Source of the DNA: an uncultured Syntrophaceae bacterium
GTDB lineage: Bacteria > Desulfobacterota > Syntrophia > Syntrophales > UBA2192
Direction of reading: 5' to 3'
DNA length: 64,000 nt
NCBI GenBank assembly: GCA_964628025.1
Contig: CAZVLL010000005.1
Coordinates: 68,729 to 132,728 of the forward strand
Shown here: piece after piece, positions 1-8,126 of the stretch
Layout of the letters: each line of letters begins with the position of its first letter
Numbering within the stretch: position 1 is the first letter of the stretch
Notes under the pieces: model-generated
Told to the model about the DNA's origin: nothing
Database searches by the model: none
What the model saw: the letters and a program-made list of their open reading frames with translations, nothing else
Made by a program: the position numbers and the translations under genes

Positions 1-515
1 GTTTCGGCTGCCGGAACCAGATCATCACCCTCTTTCACGTAGTGGACATCGTTAATGGTGAACCGTCCTCCTTCGAAAAAAGCGGGAATGCAGAGCTTCA
101 CCGCATCCTGCCAGCCGAATTCGGAGGTCAGCGTCTCGATCTCGGCTTTGAAGTGGCCGCGCAGGGTGGAGTCGCTGCGGCTGATGATCATGAACCGTCG
201 CCCCGACGCAGTGGCCGCCTCGACGATGTTGCGGGCAACCTGACGATTGAGTGCGATCGCGTCGCGGGCAGGCAGGCTTCTCGAGTTGGTCAGGATGAAA
301 AAGGCGGGGCTGCGCTCGAACTCCGCCTGCAGCGCTTCCACGGGCCATGCCGTGAGGATGGGGATGTCGTGAACCGTCTGGCAGCCCGTCGGATCGTCGT
401 CCATCACGATGAGCGTTGAGTTTGCTCTGGCGAAGGCCTTGCGGATCACGGGAAGGAGGCTCTCACGCCGGGGAGGTGGAAGCCTATCAATCGTTTCGCG
501 GCAGGAAAGTCGCAT
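1..515 (-). CDS. four-carbon acid sugar kinase family protein (DUF1537-type), N-terminal part; the C-terminus lies left of the window
   Basis: Absent from the ORF track because it runs off the edge. My minus-strand translation from ATG 515..513 reads MRLSCRETIDRLPPPRRESLLPVIRKAFARANSTLIVMDDDPTGCQTVHDIPILTAWPVEALQAEFERSPAFFILTNSRSLPARDAIALNRQVARNIVEAATASGRRFMIISRSDSTLRGHF... The DDDPTGxQTVH and ILTNSR stretches match my recollection of the DUF1537 N-terminal domain. The start lies 3 nt after the stop of the upstream cyclase gene. Confidence 0.55.
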   Translation of the reverse strand, partial: MRLSCRETIDRLPPPRRESLLPVIRKAFARANSTLIVMDDDPTGCQTVHDIPILTAWPVEALQAEFERSPAFFILTNSRSLPARDAIALNRQVARNIVEAATASGRRFMIISRSDSTLRGHFKAEIETLTSEFGWQDAVKLCIPAFFEGGRFTINDVHYVKEGDDLVPAAE

Positions 516-518
516 TTT

Positions 519-1154
519 CTACTCGTCTTCTATCGCAATGACCCGTGCCGGCGCTCCGTCGCCCCATTCGATCTTGAGAGGCAGGGCGATGATCTTCACC
601 TTCGGCCTTCGAATCTCTTCCAGGTTGCAGAGTCCTTCCACGAGGATGATGTCCCCGCCCAAGAGAATCCGATGAACGGCCTGCAGCTCGTGCCGGTCCG
701 TCAGAATGGCAACCGAGGGCGGCTCGACGCCGATGAGCTTCACCTTGTTCTCGACGCACCACATCGCCAGCTCCCGGCCGATCCAGGGCAGCGCGGTCCG
801 ATAGTTATCAGCATCGACGAAGCGGTGCCAGCCGGTCCGGAAGAGAAGGCCATCGCCCGCAGAATACCGGTCCCTGACGTCCTTCAGATGATCAATCCCG
901 AGCATCATGCTGTCCGTGACGGCCGGCGCATCGACCACCCAGGCATCGGCGATGAAGCGCTCGGGCGGTATCCTGTCGATGGTCTGGTTGTTCACTCCGA
1001 AGTGAAGCGGTGCATCCATGTGCGTCCCCGCATGGGAATAGAGGTGGAGCATCCGGGCGTTCCACCCGTCTTTTTCGAGCACCTTGAAGGTTTCGAAGGT
1101 GACGCCGCGCATGCCGTCTTTCAAGGTCACCGTCAGGTCGATGATTCGGGGCAT
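519..1154 (-). CDS. cyclase family protein (arylformamidase/kynurenine formamidase-like fold)
   Basis: 211-aa ORF with HAGTHMDAPLHF (HxGTHxDxPxH), the hallmark of the putative-cyclase family. GAGGAA RBS before ATG 1154. Confidence 0.8.
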   Translation of the reverse strand: MPRIIDLTVTLKDGMRGVTFETFKVLEKDGWNARMLHLYSHAGTHMDAPLHFGVNNQTIDRIPPERFIADAWVVDAPAVTDSMMLGIDHLKDVRDRYSAGDGLLFRTGWHRFVDADNYRTALPWIGRELAMWCVENKVKLIGVEPPSVAILTDRHELQAVHRILLGGDIILVEGLCNLEEIRRPKVKIIALPLKIEWGDGAPARVIAIEDE

Positions 1155-1162
1155 GGTTTCCT

Positions 1163-2218
1163 CTACGCGAGTTCGATATAATCGGCCACCTGGTGCGCGA
1201 TCTCGCCGGTTGTCGCCCGGCCGCCCAGGTCAACGGGCAACAGGCCCTCTGCCGTTGCCCTGTCCATGGCCTTCATGATCTGCCGCGCCGCTTCGACCTC
1301 GCCCAAGTGATCAAGCATCAGCGCCCCCGACCAGATCGTCCCATAGGGATTTGCGATTCCCCTGCCGGCGATGTCTGGCGCCGAGCCGTGGATGGGCTCG
1401 AACATCGAAGGGTATTCCCGCTCGGGGTTAATGTTGCCGCTTCCGGCGAGCCCCAGGCTTCCCATGAGCGCGCCGCCCAAGTCGCTCAGAATGTCACCGA
1501 AGAGATTCGTCGTCAGCACCACATCGAAGATCTCGGGGCGCAGCACGAAGCTTGCCGCCGCGTTGTCGATGTACATCTGGTGATGCTCGACGTCAGGGTA
1601 CTCGGCTGCCACTTCCCGGATGACGCGATCCCAATAGGTCAGGCTGTAGATGAGCGTGTTGGACTTCGTGATGTAGTGAACCCGCTTCCTGCGCGTTCTT
1701 GCCAGCTGGAAGGAGTAACGGGCGATCCGCTCGATGCCCCTGCGGGTGAAAATGCTCGTGTCGATGGCCAGTCCGCCGGCCTCGTCGGGTTGGATCTGTT
1801 TCCCCGCCTGAACGAACTCTCCTTCCACATTCTCCCGGATCACGACAAAGTCGATGGGCGTATCCGATCGCAGGGGCCGCGTAACACCGGGCCACGTTCT
1901 CACGGGCCGGTAGTTCACGTACTGCTGAAACCCGGTCCGTACCTTGAACGTGTAATCCTTCGCCGGAAGGGTGTCATCCACATCGGGCAGGCCCACGGCC
2001 CCGAAGTAGACGGCATCGAATTTGCGCAGGACGTCAAGCCCGTCTGCAGGCATGAAATATCCGTGCTTCTTGTAGCAACCGGCACCCCAGTCGAAGTGCG
2101 TCGCCTCGATGGAGAATCCCAATTTGCCCGCTGCCCTGTCCAGCACCTCCAGCCCTGCCGGAATGACCTCGGGCCCGATCCCGTCACCGGGCACGACAGC
2201 TATCCTGTACGATTTCAT
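1163..2218 (-). CDS. tartrate dehydrogenase/decarboxylase-like enzyme (isocitrate/isopropylmalate dehydrogenase family)
   Basis: The ORF track gives 1163..2353. I trimmed it to ATG 2218 (MKSYRIAVVPGDGIGPEV...), which is preceded by a GGGAGATGAGG RBS and lies 7 nt after the ferredoxin stop. IAVxPGDGIGPEV and GSAPDIAG are family motifs. Confidence 0.8.
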   Translation of the reverse strand: MKSYRIAVVPGDGIGPEVIPAGLEVLDRAAGKLGFSIEATHFDWGAGCYKKHGYFMPADGLDVLRKFDAVYFGAVGLPDVDDTLPAKDYTFKVRTGFQQYVNYRPVRTWPGVTRPLRSDTPIDFVVIRENVEGEFVQAGKQIQPDEAGGLAIDTSIFTRRGIERIARYSFQLARTRRKRVHYITKSNTLIYSLTYWDRVIREVAAEYPDVEHHQMYIDNAAASFVLRPEIFDVVLTTNLFGDILSDLGGALMGSLGLAGSGNINPEREYPSMFEPIHGSAPDIAGRGIANPYGTIWSGALMLDHLGEVEAARQIMKAMDRATAEGLLPVDLGGRATTGEIAHQVADYIELA

Positions 2219-2225
2219 GATTTCC

Positions 2226-2672
2226 TCATCTCCCTTCCCCCTTTGCTGACTGCGCGCCTCGCGGAAACATGGAAATGGCATTGACGGGACAGTCCCGCGA
2301 GCAGAGGGCGCAGCCGATGCATCGTTTCTCCTCTTTGAGATAGGGGTAAACACGCGGCTCCGCTCCGGCGGAGGGCTTGCCGAGATCGAGGCAGTTCACG
2401 GGACAGGTGTCGACGCAGATCCGGCAGGGTGTGCAGATGGCAAGGTCGTAGACGGGCTTGAGCCATTCGGAATATTTCATTTTCCTGCAGACAGCGCCGG
2501 AGGTATCGTTCACGGCCTCGACGGGGCAGACCCTGCCGCAGGTGCCACAGTCGATGCAGAATCGGGGATTGATGATGTGAAGCGCTTTTTTTTCGCCGGC
2601 GATTGCCTCTGTCGGGCACATCTTCAGGCAGGCTCCGCAGCCGTTGCAGGAATCAGTGATGGTGTGTGGCAT
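2226..2672 (-). CDS. polyferredoxin with four CxxCxxCxxxCP [4Fe-4S] motifs
   Basis: 148 aa containing CNGCGACLKMCP, CIDCGTCGRVCP, CTPCRICVDTCP and CIGCALCSRDCP. GGGAGAGGA RBS. Sits directly downstream of the AOR gene. Confidence 0.85.
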   Translation of the reverse strand: MPHTITDSCNGCGACLKMCPTEAIAGEKKALHIINPRFCIDCGTCGRVCPVEAVNDTSGAVCRKMKYSEWLKPVYDLAICTPCRICVDTCPVNCLDLGKPSAGAEPRVYPYLKEEKRCIGCALCSRDCPVNAISMFPRGAQSAKGEGR

Positions 2673-2691
2673 ATTATCCTCTCCCTACTCG

Positions 2692-4617
2692 TCACTGCAC
2701 GGGCGGCATTCCCGTCTTCGAATCCCAACCGAACTGCCGCCAGTAGTCGCTGGCCATCCGATCGATATCCACGGACCTTCCCCTGTTGGCCCCTTCCACC
2801 TGTGGTGGGATGCCCGCAACGCGGTCACCGATGAAGCTCGCGCGGGGGTCGATGCCGTGCTTGATATTGAAGGCTTGCTTGAGAGTCTGGATGCGCGCAC
2901 CGATGACCATGTACTCCTCGGGCGTCCGGTTCCAGCCCGTTGCGGCATTGAGCCACTCGAACGTCGGGATCCTCGTGGAGCCCAGAAAGAGTCCGAACAT
3001 GCAAAGCCCGGCCCCGTTGGCAAGACTCATGAACTTGCTGCAGGCGGCGGTGGTCGCGGCCTTCTCCTCGTCGGCTACGTACTTGCGGCCTTTGAAATAG
3101 AAAAGCGGCGGCTTGGGCAGACCCTTCACCTTTTTCCAGAGCTGAAACATCTCGTAGTACATCTGGGCGCCCATCGTGTGGCGTCCCGGCGTGGGTTCCA
3201 CGGAATAGTGGACGGCATAGCCCGGATCGTTCCGTCCGTCGTGCTGTGGCAGTTCCTGGCCGCCTGCCTGCATGGCATACTGGATGGAACCTTTGCCGAT
3301 CCGCGCGGCTGCCTTGCGGCTCCCGTCGGCAAGGATATCGCCGATTCCCTCACGGCGGATCATCTTTTCAACAAGCGCAATCATGGCCGCCGAGCTTCCC
3401 CAGGTCAAGTCGAGTCCGTCCGTGTCGGCCTTCGTCAGGAGGCCCTTCTCCCAGCATTCCATGGCAAAGGAGATCGTGCCGCCCGCGGAGATCGTGTCCA
3501 TCCCTGCCCGGTTCAAAAGCTCGTTCATGTGAAAGATACTGTCGAGATCGCCGTTCAAGCACTGGGCGCCCAGCGACAGGATCGATTCGTACTCGGGCTT
3601 GTGAACTTCCGGCGCTCCAGGCTTCGGGACGCAGATTCCGCCGCAGCCCAGCGGACAGGCGTAGCAGTGGTATTTTGCTTTCTCAACGGCCTTGATGTGA
3701 TCCGGGTTGACGGAGGTGGATTTCCCCATGCCCCAGTCTACAGAGCTCCCCTTCCAGTTTTTGACGGGGGCATCGCCCATCTCGACGGACATCTGGTTCA
3801 TGCTGCTCGTGCCCCATTTCTTGAGGAAGATCTTGTAGAGCATTCCGTCGAGGGCCATCTGGGTGGGAAGGATGCGCATCAGCGCGCCGAGGCAGGCCAT
3901 GGCCTTGCCCGAGAGGAAAGGCGGTTGGAGTTGGACCCATTTGTTGCAGGTCTGGCTCAGGCGCTTCATGGTTTCCGCATCGTGAACGGGAACTCGCAAC
4001 TTGCCGTCGAGGACGACGGCCTTGAGGCGTTTGGAGCCCATGACCGCACCAAGCCCCGAGCGGGCGGCCATACGGCCGCGGTCGTTGAAAACCCCGGAGA
4101 TGAGCGAGAGTTTTTCGCCCGCCGGACCGATGACAGCCACGCGCGCGCCTGCACCGTGCACACCGATGAGCGCCTCTTCGGCATCGGTGGTATCCATCCC
4201 CCAGAGATGGGCGGCGTCGCGAAGCTCGGACTTTCCGTTTTTTAAATAGAGATAGACGGGCCGGTCGCTCTGGCCGTTGAAGAAAATTCCATCATAGCCG
4301 TTTCGCTTGATGGCGGGCGCGAGGTTCCCGCCGCAGTTGGCATCGCCCCAGGTGCCCGTGAGAGGGGATTTTCCGACAACACTCCAGCGCCCTGTGAAAT
4401 AGCTGGGCGTCCCCGTCAGAAGGCCGGAGACAAACCCCAGGATGTTGTCCGGCCCCAGGGGATCGGCCCCGGCGGGAATGCGCTCGTGGAGAAGCCAGGC
4501 GGCAAGACCCGTTCCGGAGAGGTACTGTTCGTAAATCTCACCGGGTATGGCTTCTTCGCGAATTTCCCCCGTCGTGAGATCCACATTCAGGATCTTTCCC
4601 ATATAGGCATACGCCAT
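2692..4617 (-). CDS. aor: aldehyde:ferredoxin oxidoreductase (tungsten/molybdopterin AOR family)
   Basis: 641 aa. The N-terminus GKILNVDLTTGEI..., its length, and the Cys-containing middle region (YHCYACPLGCGG) are typical of the AOR family. AAGGTGAAGAG RBS before ATG 4617. Confidence 0.9.
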   Translation of the reverse strand: MAYAYMGKILNVDLTTGEIREEAIPGEIYEQYLSGTGLAAWLLHERIPAGADPLGPDNILGFVSGLLTGTPSYFTGRWSVVGKSPLTGTWGDANCGGNLAPAIKRNGYDGIFFNGQSDRPVYLYLKNGKSELRDAAHLWGMDTTDAEEALIGVHGAGARVAVIGPAGEKLSLISGVFNDRGRMAARSGLGAVMGSKRLKAVVLDGKLRVPVHDAETMKRLSQTCNKWVQLQPPFLSGKAMACLGALMRILPTQMALDGMLYKIFLKKWGTSSMNQMSVEMGDAPVKNWKGSSVDWGMGKSTSVNPDHIKAVEKAKYHCYACPLGCGGICVPKPGAPEVHKPEYESILSLGAQCLNGDLDSIFHMNELLNRAGMDTISAGGTISFAMECWEKGLLTKADTDGLDLTWGSSAAMIALVEKMIRREGIGDILADGSRKAAARIGKGSIQYAMQAGGQELPQHDGRNDPGYAVHYSVEPTPGRHTMGAQMYYEMFQLWKKVKGLPKPPLFYFKGRKYVADEEKAATTAACSKFMSLANGAGLCMFGLFLGSTRIPTFEWLNAATGWNRTPEEYMVIGARIQTLKQAFNIKHGIDPRASFIGDRVAGIPPQVEGANRGRSVDIDRMASDYWRQFGWDSKTGMPPVQ

Positions 4618-4715
4618 CTCTTCACCTTATTCCCCTTCGCATCACATCCTCACCGTTGTAACCTCTCTATTTCTTTTCATCCTGGATGCACTATCCGTCA
4701 CAAAGTAATTCTTTC

Positions 4716-5552
4716 TCAAACGGTCGGGGCATCCATCGGCCGGTAATCCTCCTCGAGGATGGCGATCGCATCCGCGCCGGCCTTGGACAGGATGCCCGTT
4801 TTTTCCGCACCGAAATAATAAAGATCTTCCGTGGACATGGGTCTGTGGCTACGCCGAAGCCACTCGACCATGGCGGGCTCCTCATCGTTTTGGAAAAACC
4901 ACTGGAAAAGGTTCCGCCTGCCTTTCGCCCGCGCATAGCGTTGCTCGTAGCGGTCTCGCATTGTTTCCAGATTGAGCCGGGCATAGGAGACCTTCTGGCT
5001 TGTTTTGGGACTGGTGCGAGGTTCCGTCGAGACTTCGTCAAACAGCAGAAAACGGGAGTAGAACGAGGCATGGTGAGCCATGACGGAGGCGATAATGTCG
5101 GTGCTGCCGTTCAGATGGATGCCTGTCAGGCGGGTCAGCCGGTAGAAATGCATGGCCAGCTCAGGGGGCAATCCCGCGGGTTCCTCCGTCACCACGAGCG
5201 AAGAGATTTCGCTGAGCTTGCGCCCGGCTCTCCGGAGATCGGCCAGAGGATCGGGGAAAATGCGGTCGGTGGGAAGCCCGAGCCGCGAGTCGGGGATCAC
5301 CGTCACCGATCCGACAAGCCGCTCTCCCTTTTCCGCAAGGAAGATCAGGGTGCCGGGATGCAGATGATGGATCGTGCACCACAGGCCGCTGTCGCGCCCG
5401 AAACGCAAATCGTACCCTTCGCGGATGTAGCCATCATAGACAAGCCGGAAAGCCTTTTCGCGGAGATCCCTGTTGTTGGCGATGAGGATGCACCACTCCC
5501 TGTCGGGACCGAAGCGATATTCGAAATCTTTGCCCAACTGAGTTTCCGTCAT
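4716..5552 (-). CDS. GNAT-fold acyltransferase resembling N-acyl amino acid synthases (FeeM / exosortase-associated type); function uncertain
   Basis: 278-aa ORF with coding-like composition. The N-terminal pattern REKAFRLVYDGYIREGY..., the later LVGSVTVIPDS...LP, and EISSLVV recall the FeeM/LuxI-like acyltransferase fold. This assignment is from memory only. Confidence 0.5.
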   Translation of the reverse strand: MTETQLGKDFEYRFGPDREWCILIANNRDLREKAFRLVYDGYIREGYDLRFGRDSGLWCTIHHLHPGTLIFLAEKGERLVGSVTVIPDSRLGLPTDRIFPDPLADLRRAGRKLSEISSLVVTEEPAGLPPELAMHFYRLTRLTGIHLNGSTDIIASVMAHHASFYSRFLLFDEVSTEPRTSPKTSQKVSYARLNLETMRDRYEQRYARAKGRRNLFQWFFQNDEEPAMVEWLRRSHRPMSTEDLYYFGAEKTGILSKAGADAIAILEEDYRPMDAPTV

Positions 5553-5806
5553 CTCCCGGTGAATCGCTCCGTCATCGGTAAAATAACTCCGCCCTCATGC
5601 CGGTCTGGTCCCGCATTCATCAAAGGGATCCATCCCCGGCAGGGTCATCACCCTTCGACAGGCTCAGGATGACGTGAAGCTAGGGTATGAGAAAGGGTCC
5701 CCCGTGTCAATAGGAGGCTGGGGATATCAAGAGAGTATCAAAGAATAAATATTTCGTGTACGATAGGACACTGTTTTCGTGAACATTCCTTCGAAAGGAG
5801 ACCGGC

Positions 5807-6472
5807 ATGGAACTGGAAGCCACCATCAGGGAAAGACGAAGCATCCGCAAATTCAAACCCGATCCGATCCCGCGAACGGTCCTCGAGGACCTTCTGGAAA
5901 CGGCCCGATGGGCGCCATCCTGGGGAAACACCCAGCCCTGGGAAGTCACCGTGATCACGGGAGAGCCTCTGGAGGCGTTCCGGAAGGCAAACGTGGCGAG
6001 CATGGAGGCAGGTGAGGCGCTTCGCAACGACGTCCCCATGCCCGAGAGCTGGCCGGAGGCGCTGAAGTCGAGGTACATGGACGTCGGAAAATCGTTGGTC
6101 ACATCGCTGGGACTGGAGCGGGAGGACAAGGAAGGCCGCCGCCAACACCAGCTGAAAATGGGCGCCCTTTTCGGGGCGCCGTGCCTTGTTGTCATCGCCG
6201 TGCCGAGGGATGTCCTGGTCGAATATGCCATGCTGGACGTGGGATTGCTCCTGCAGACGTTTGCGCTGGCCGCCCATGACCGGGGGCTGGGAACCTGCAT
6301 CATGGCCAACTCCGTCCACTACGCGGATCACCTTCGCAGGCACGGGGCCATCCCGGAAGACCGGCGGATCATCATGGGGGCGGCCGTCGGGTACCCGGAC
6401 CTCGAAACGCCCCTGAACCGCTTCGAGCGACACAGGGCCGGCACGGCTGAATTCGTAACATGGGTGGGATGA
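5807..6472 (+). CDS. nitroreductase family protein
   Basis: 221 aa. RRSIRKFKPDPIP...LLE.ARWAPSWGNTQPW is the classic nitroreductase N-terminus. AAGGAG RBS. Confidence 0.85.
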   Translation: MELEATIRERRSIRKFKPDPIPRTVLEDLLETARWAPSWGNTQPWEVTVITGEPLEAFRKANVASMEAGEALRNDVPMPESWPEALKSRYMDVGKSLVTSLGLEREDKEGRRQHQLKMGALFGAPCLVVIAVPRDVLVEYAMLDVGLLLQTFALAAHDRGLGTCIMANSVHYADHLRRHGAIPEDRRIIMGAAVGYPDLETPLNRFERHRAGTAEFVTWVG

Positions 6473-7344
6473 GAAGCGGCTACCTCTTCGCCGCCCTGGC
6501 GGCCCTTTTCTGGGCCTCGTCCGGCACGGCGGCCAAATTCCTTTTCAACAGCGGCATCACCGCTTTTGAGCTGGTGCAGTTGCGCACGACCCTTGCGACG
6601 TGCATGGTGTTTTTCTGGCTCCTGCTTCACGACCGCTCGCGGCTGGTCATCGATCGGCGCGATCTGCCTTACTTCGTCATCCTCGGCGTGGGCCTCGCGG
6701 CGGTCCAGTTCACCTACCTCTTCGCCATCAGCAAGGTCCAGGTCGCGGCGGCTATTCTGATCCAGTATCAGGCGCCCATCTTTGTGGCCCTCTACACGCT
6801 GTTTTTCCTGGGGGCCCGGTTACCGCCCGTCGTTTTTGCCGCCATGGCCGGATCGCTTTTCGGGTGCTACCTCGTTGTGGGCGGTTACAGCCTGGATCTG
6901 CTGGACATGAACCGGATTGGGGTGCTCTCGGCCCTCGCCTCGGCCGTCACCTTTGCCTGGTACACCGTGCGGTGCGAGTACGGGATGAAACGCTATGCCC
7001 CATGGACGGTGGTCTTCTACGGACTTTTTTTTGCCGCTGTGACCTGGAATATCTTTCACCCGCCTCTGTCGGCATTTTTCCGCCCTTCGGGCCTCACGCA
7101 ATGGGGGTGGGTCTTTTTCATCGCTTTGTTCGGCACGGTGTTCGCGTTTATCTGCTATACCGAAGGCATCAACCGGATCGGGGCGACGCGGGCCAGCATC
7201 ACGGCCACCCTGGAACCGATCACCGCAGGGTTCATCGCCTGGATCCTGCTGGGGGAGACGATGGAAGTGTGGCAGATCCTGGGCGCCGCCCTGGTCATCG
7301 CTTCCATCATCCTGATGCAGGTAAGCAGAAAGCCTGGGGGATAA
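6460..7344 (+). CDS. EamA/DMT-superfamily transporter
   Basis: 294 aa, about 10 hydrophobic helices, two EamA-like halves. The start is ATG 6460, or ATG 6469 overlapping the upstream stop as ATGA. Confidence 0.85.
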   Translation: MGGMRSGYLFAALAALFWASSGTAAKFLFNSGITAFELVQLRTTLATCMVFFWLLLHDRSRLVIDRRDLPYFVILGVGLAAVQFTYLFAISKVQVAAAILIQYQAPIFVALYTLFFLGARLPPVVFAAMAGSLFGCYLVVGGYSLDLLDMNRIGVLSALASAVTFAWYTVRCEYGMKRYAPWTVVFYGLFFAAVTWNIFHPPLSAFFRPSGLTQWGWVFFIALFGTVFAFICYTEGINRIGATRASITATLEPITAGFIAWILLGETMEVWQILGAALVIASIILMQVSRKPGG

Positions 7345-7436
7345 TTGTGACGGCTGCAAATCCTTGATGAGCGTAGACGGTTGATATATACTTTCAGAGG
7401 CGGTATTTCCGCTCACAATGAGGAAAGGAGACGGCC

Positions 7437-8060
7437 ATGCCGAAGATCGATTGGAAGAAGCGGACCATCCAGGCTGCCCTGCTGCTTGCCGTTCTGATCG
7501 GCTGCGTCGGGATGCCTGCGTCGATGCAGCCCCTCCCCCCGGCCTCCGCCCTGTCCGAGGCCCGAGCAGCCGACAGGGACGACGAAGGGGCCCGCAAGGC
7601 CTTTCTCGCCGCCGTGGAGGTCCTCTATCACCCGCGCTGCATGAACTGCCATCCCTCGGGGGATGCGCCCCTGCAGAAAGACGACGGAAACATCCACGCA
7701 TTCAACGTAAAGCGCGGTCCCGAGGGCAAGGGAGCCGGAGCCATGAACTGCGCGCTATGCCACCGGGAGACGAACCAGTCCGGTGGTGCCCCCGGAGTGC
7801 CCAACTGGCACATGCCGCCGGAGAGCATGCCCATGGTCTTCCAGGGCCGCACGCCAGGGGAACTCTGTCGTCAGCTGAAGGACCCGAAGCTCAATGGCGG
7901 AAGGACCGGCGAACAGATCGTTGAACACATCTCCAAAGACCCTCTTGTCGGGTGGGCATGGAACCCCGGCGAGGGGCGGACGATCCCGAAAATGAGCCGG
8001 ACGGAATTTTCGGCGAAGATGAATGAGTGGGCGAAAAAAGGGGCCGCCTGCCCGGAATAA
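7437..8060 (+). CDS. putative dihaem c-type cytochrome lipoprotein
   Basis: 207 aa. Signal peptide with a lipobox-like LIGC, and two CXXCH motifs (CMNCH, CALCH). AAAGGAG RBS. Confidence 0.65.
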   Translation: MPKIDWKKRTIQAALLLAVLIGCVGMPASMQPLPPASALSEARAADRDDEGARKAFLAAVEVLYHPRCMNCHPSGDAPLQKDDGNIHAFNVKRGPEGKGAGAMNCALCHRETNQSGGAPGVPNWHMPPESMPMVFQGRTPGELCRQLKDPKLNGGRTGEQIVEHISKDPLVGWAWNPGEGRTIPKMSRTEFSAKMNEWAKKGAACPE

Positions 8061-8075
8061 TAACTGAGGTTCCGA

Positions 8076-8113
8076 TAAAAAAGCAGGCGGCTTGTGTGCC
8101 GCCTGCTTTTTTA
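8076..8113. terminator. bidirectional intrinsic terminator between convergent genes
   Basis: A-run, then AGCAGGCGGC/GCCGCCTGCT stem with a TTGTGT loop, then T-run. Confidence 0.65.
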
Positions 8114-8126
8114 TTCCCTTGTTTTT

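Noticed and set aside
1163-2353. N-terminally extended ORF-track models (also 9328..10122, 21109..22005, 28870..31116, 36169..37398, 42875..44068, 45675..47063, 48166..49242, 52825..53853, 53871..54278, 55672..56823, 60669..61394, 62261..63286)
   Set aside because: The track takes the most upstream ATG/GTG/TTG. The extensions overlap neighbouring genes, lack an RBS, and precede the conserved family N-termini. I trimmed each to an internal start with an SD.
2644-4245. 533-aa plus-strand ORF
   Set aside because: It is entirely antisense to the well-supported AOR gene. Its composition is Arg/Gly/Ala/Pro-rich, as typical of shadow frames in GC-rich DNA. It has no recognisable motif and no RBS.
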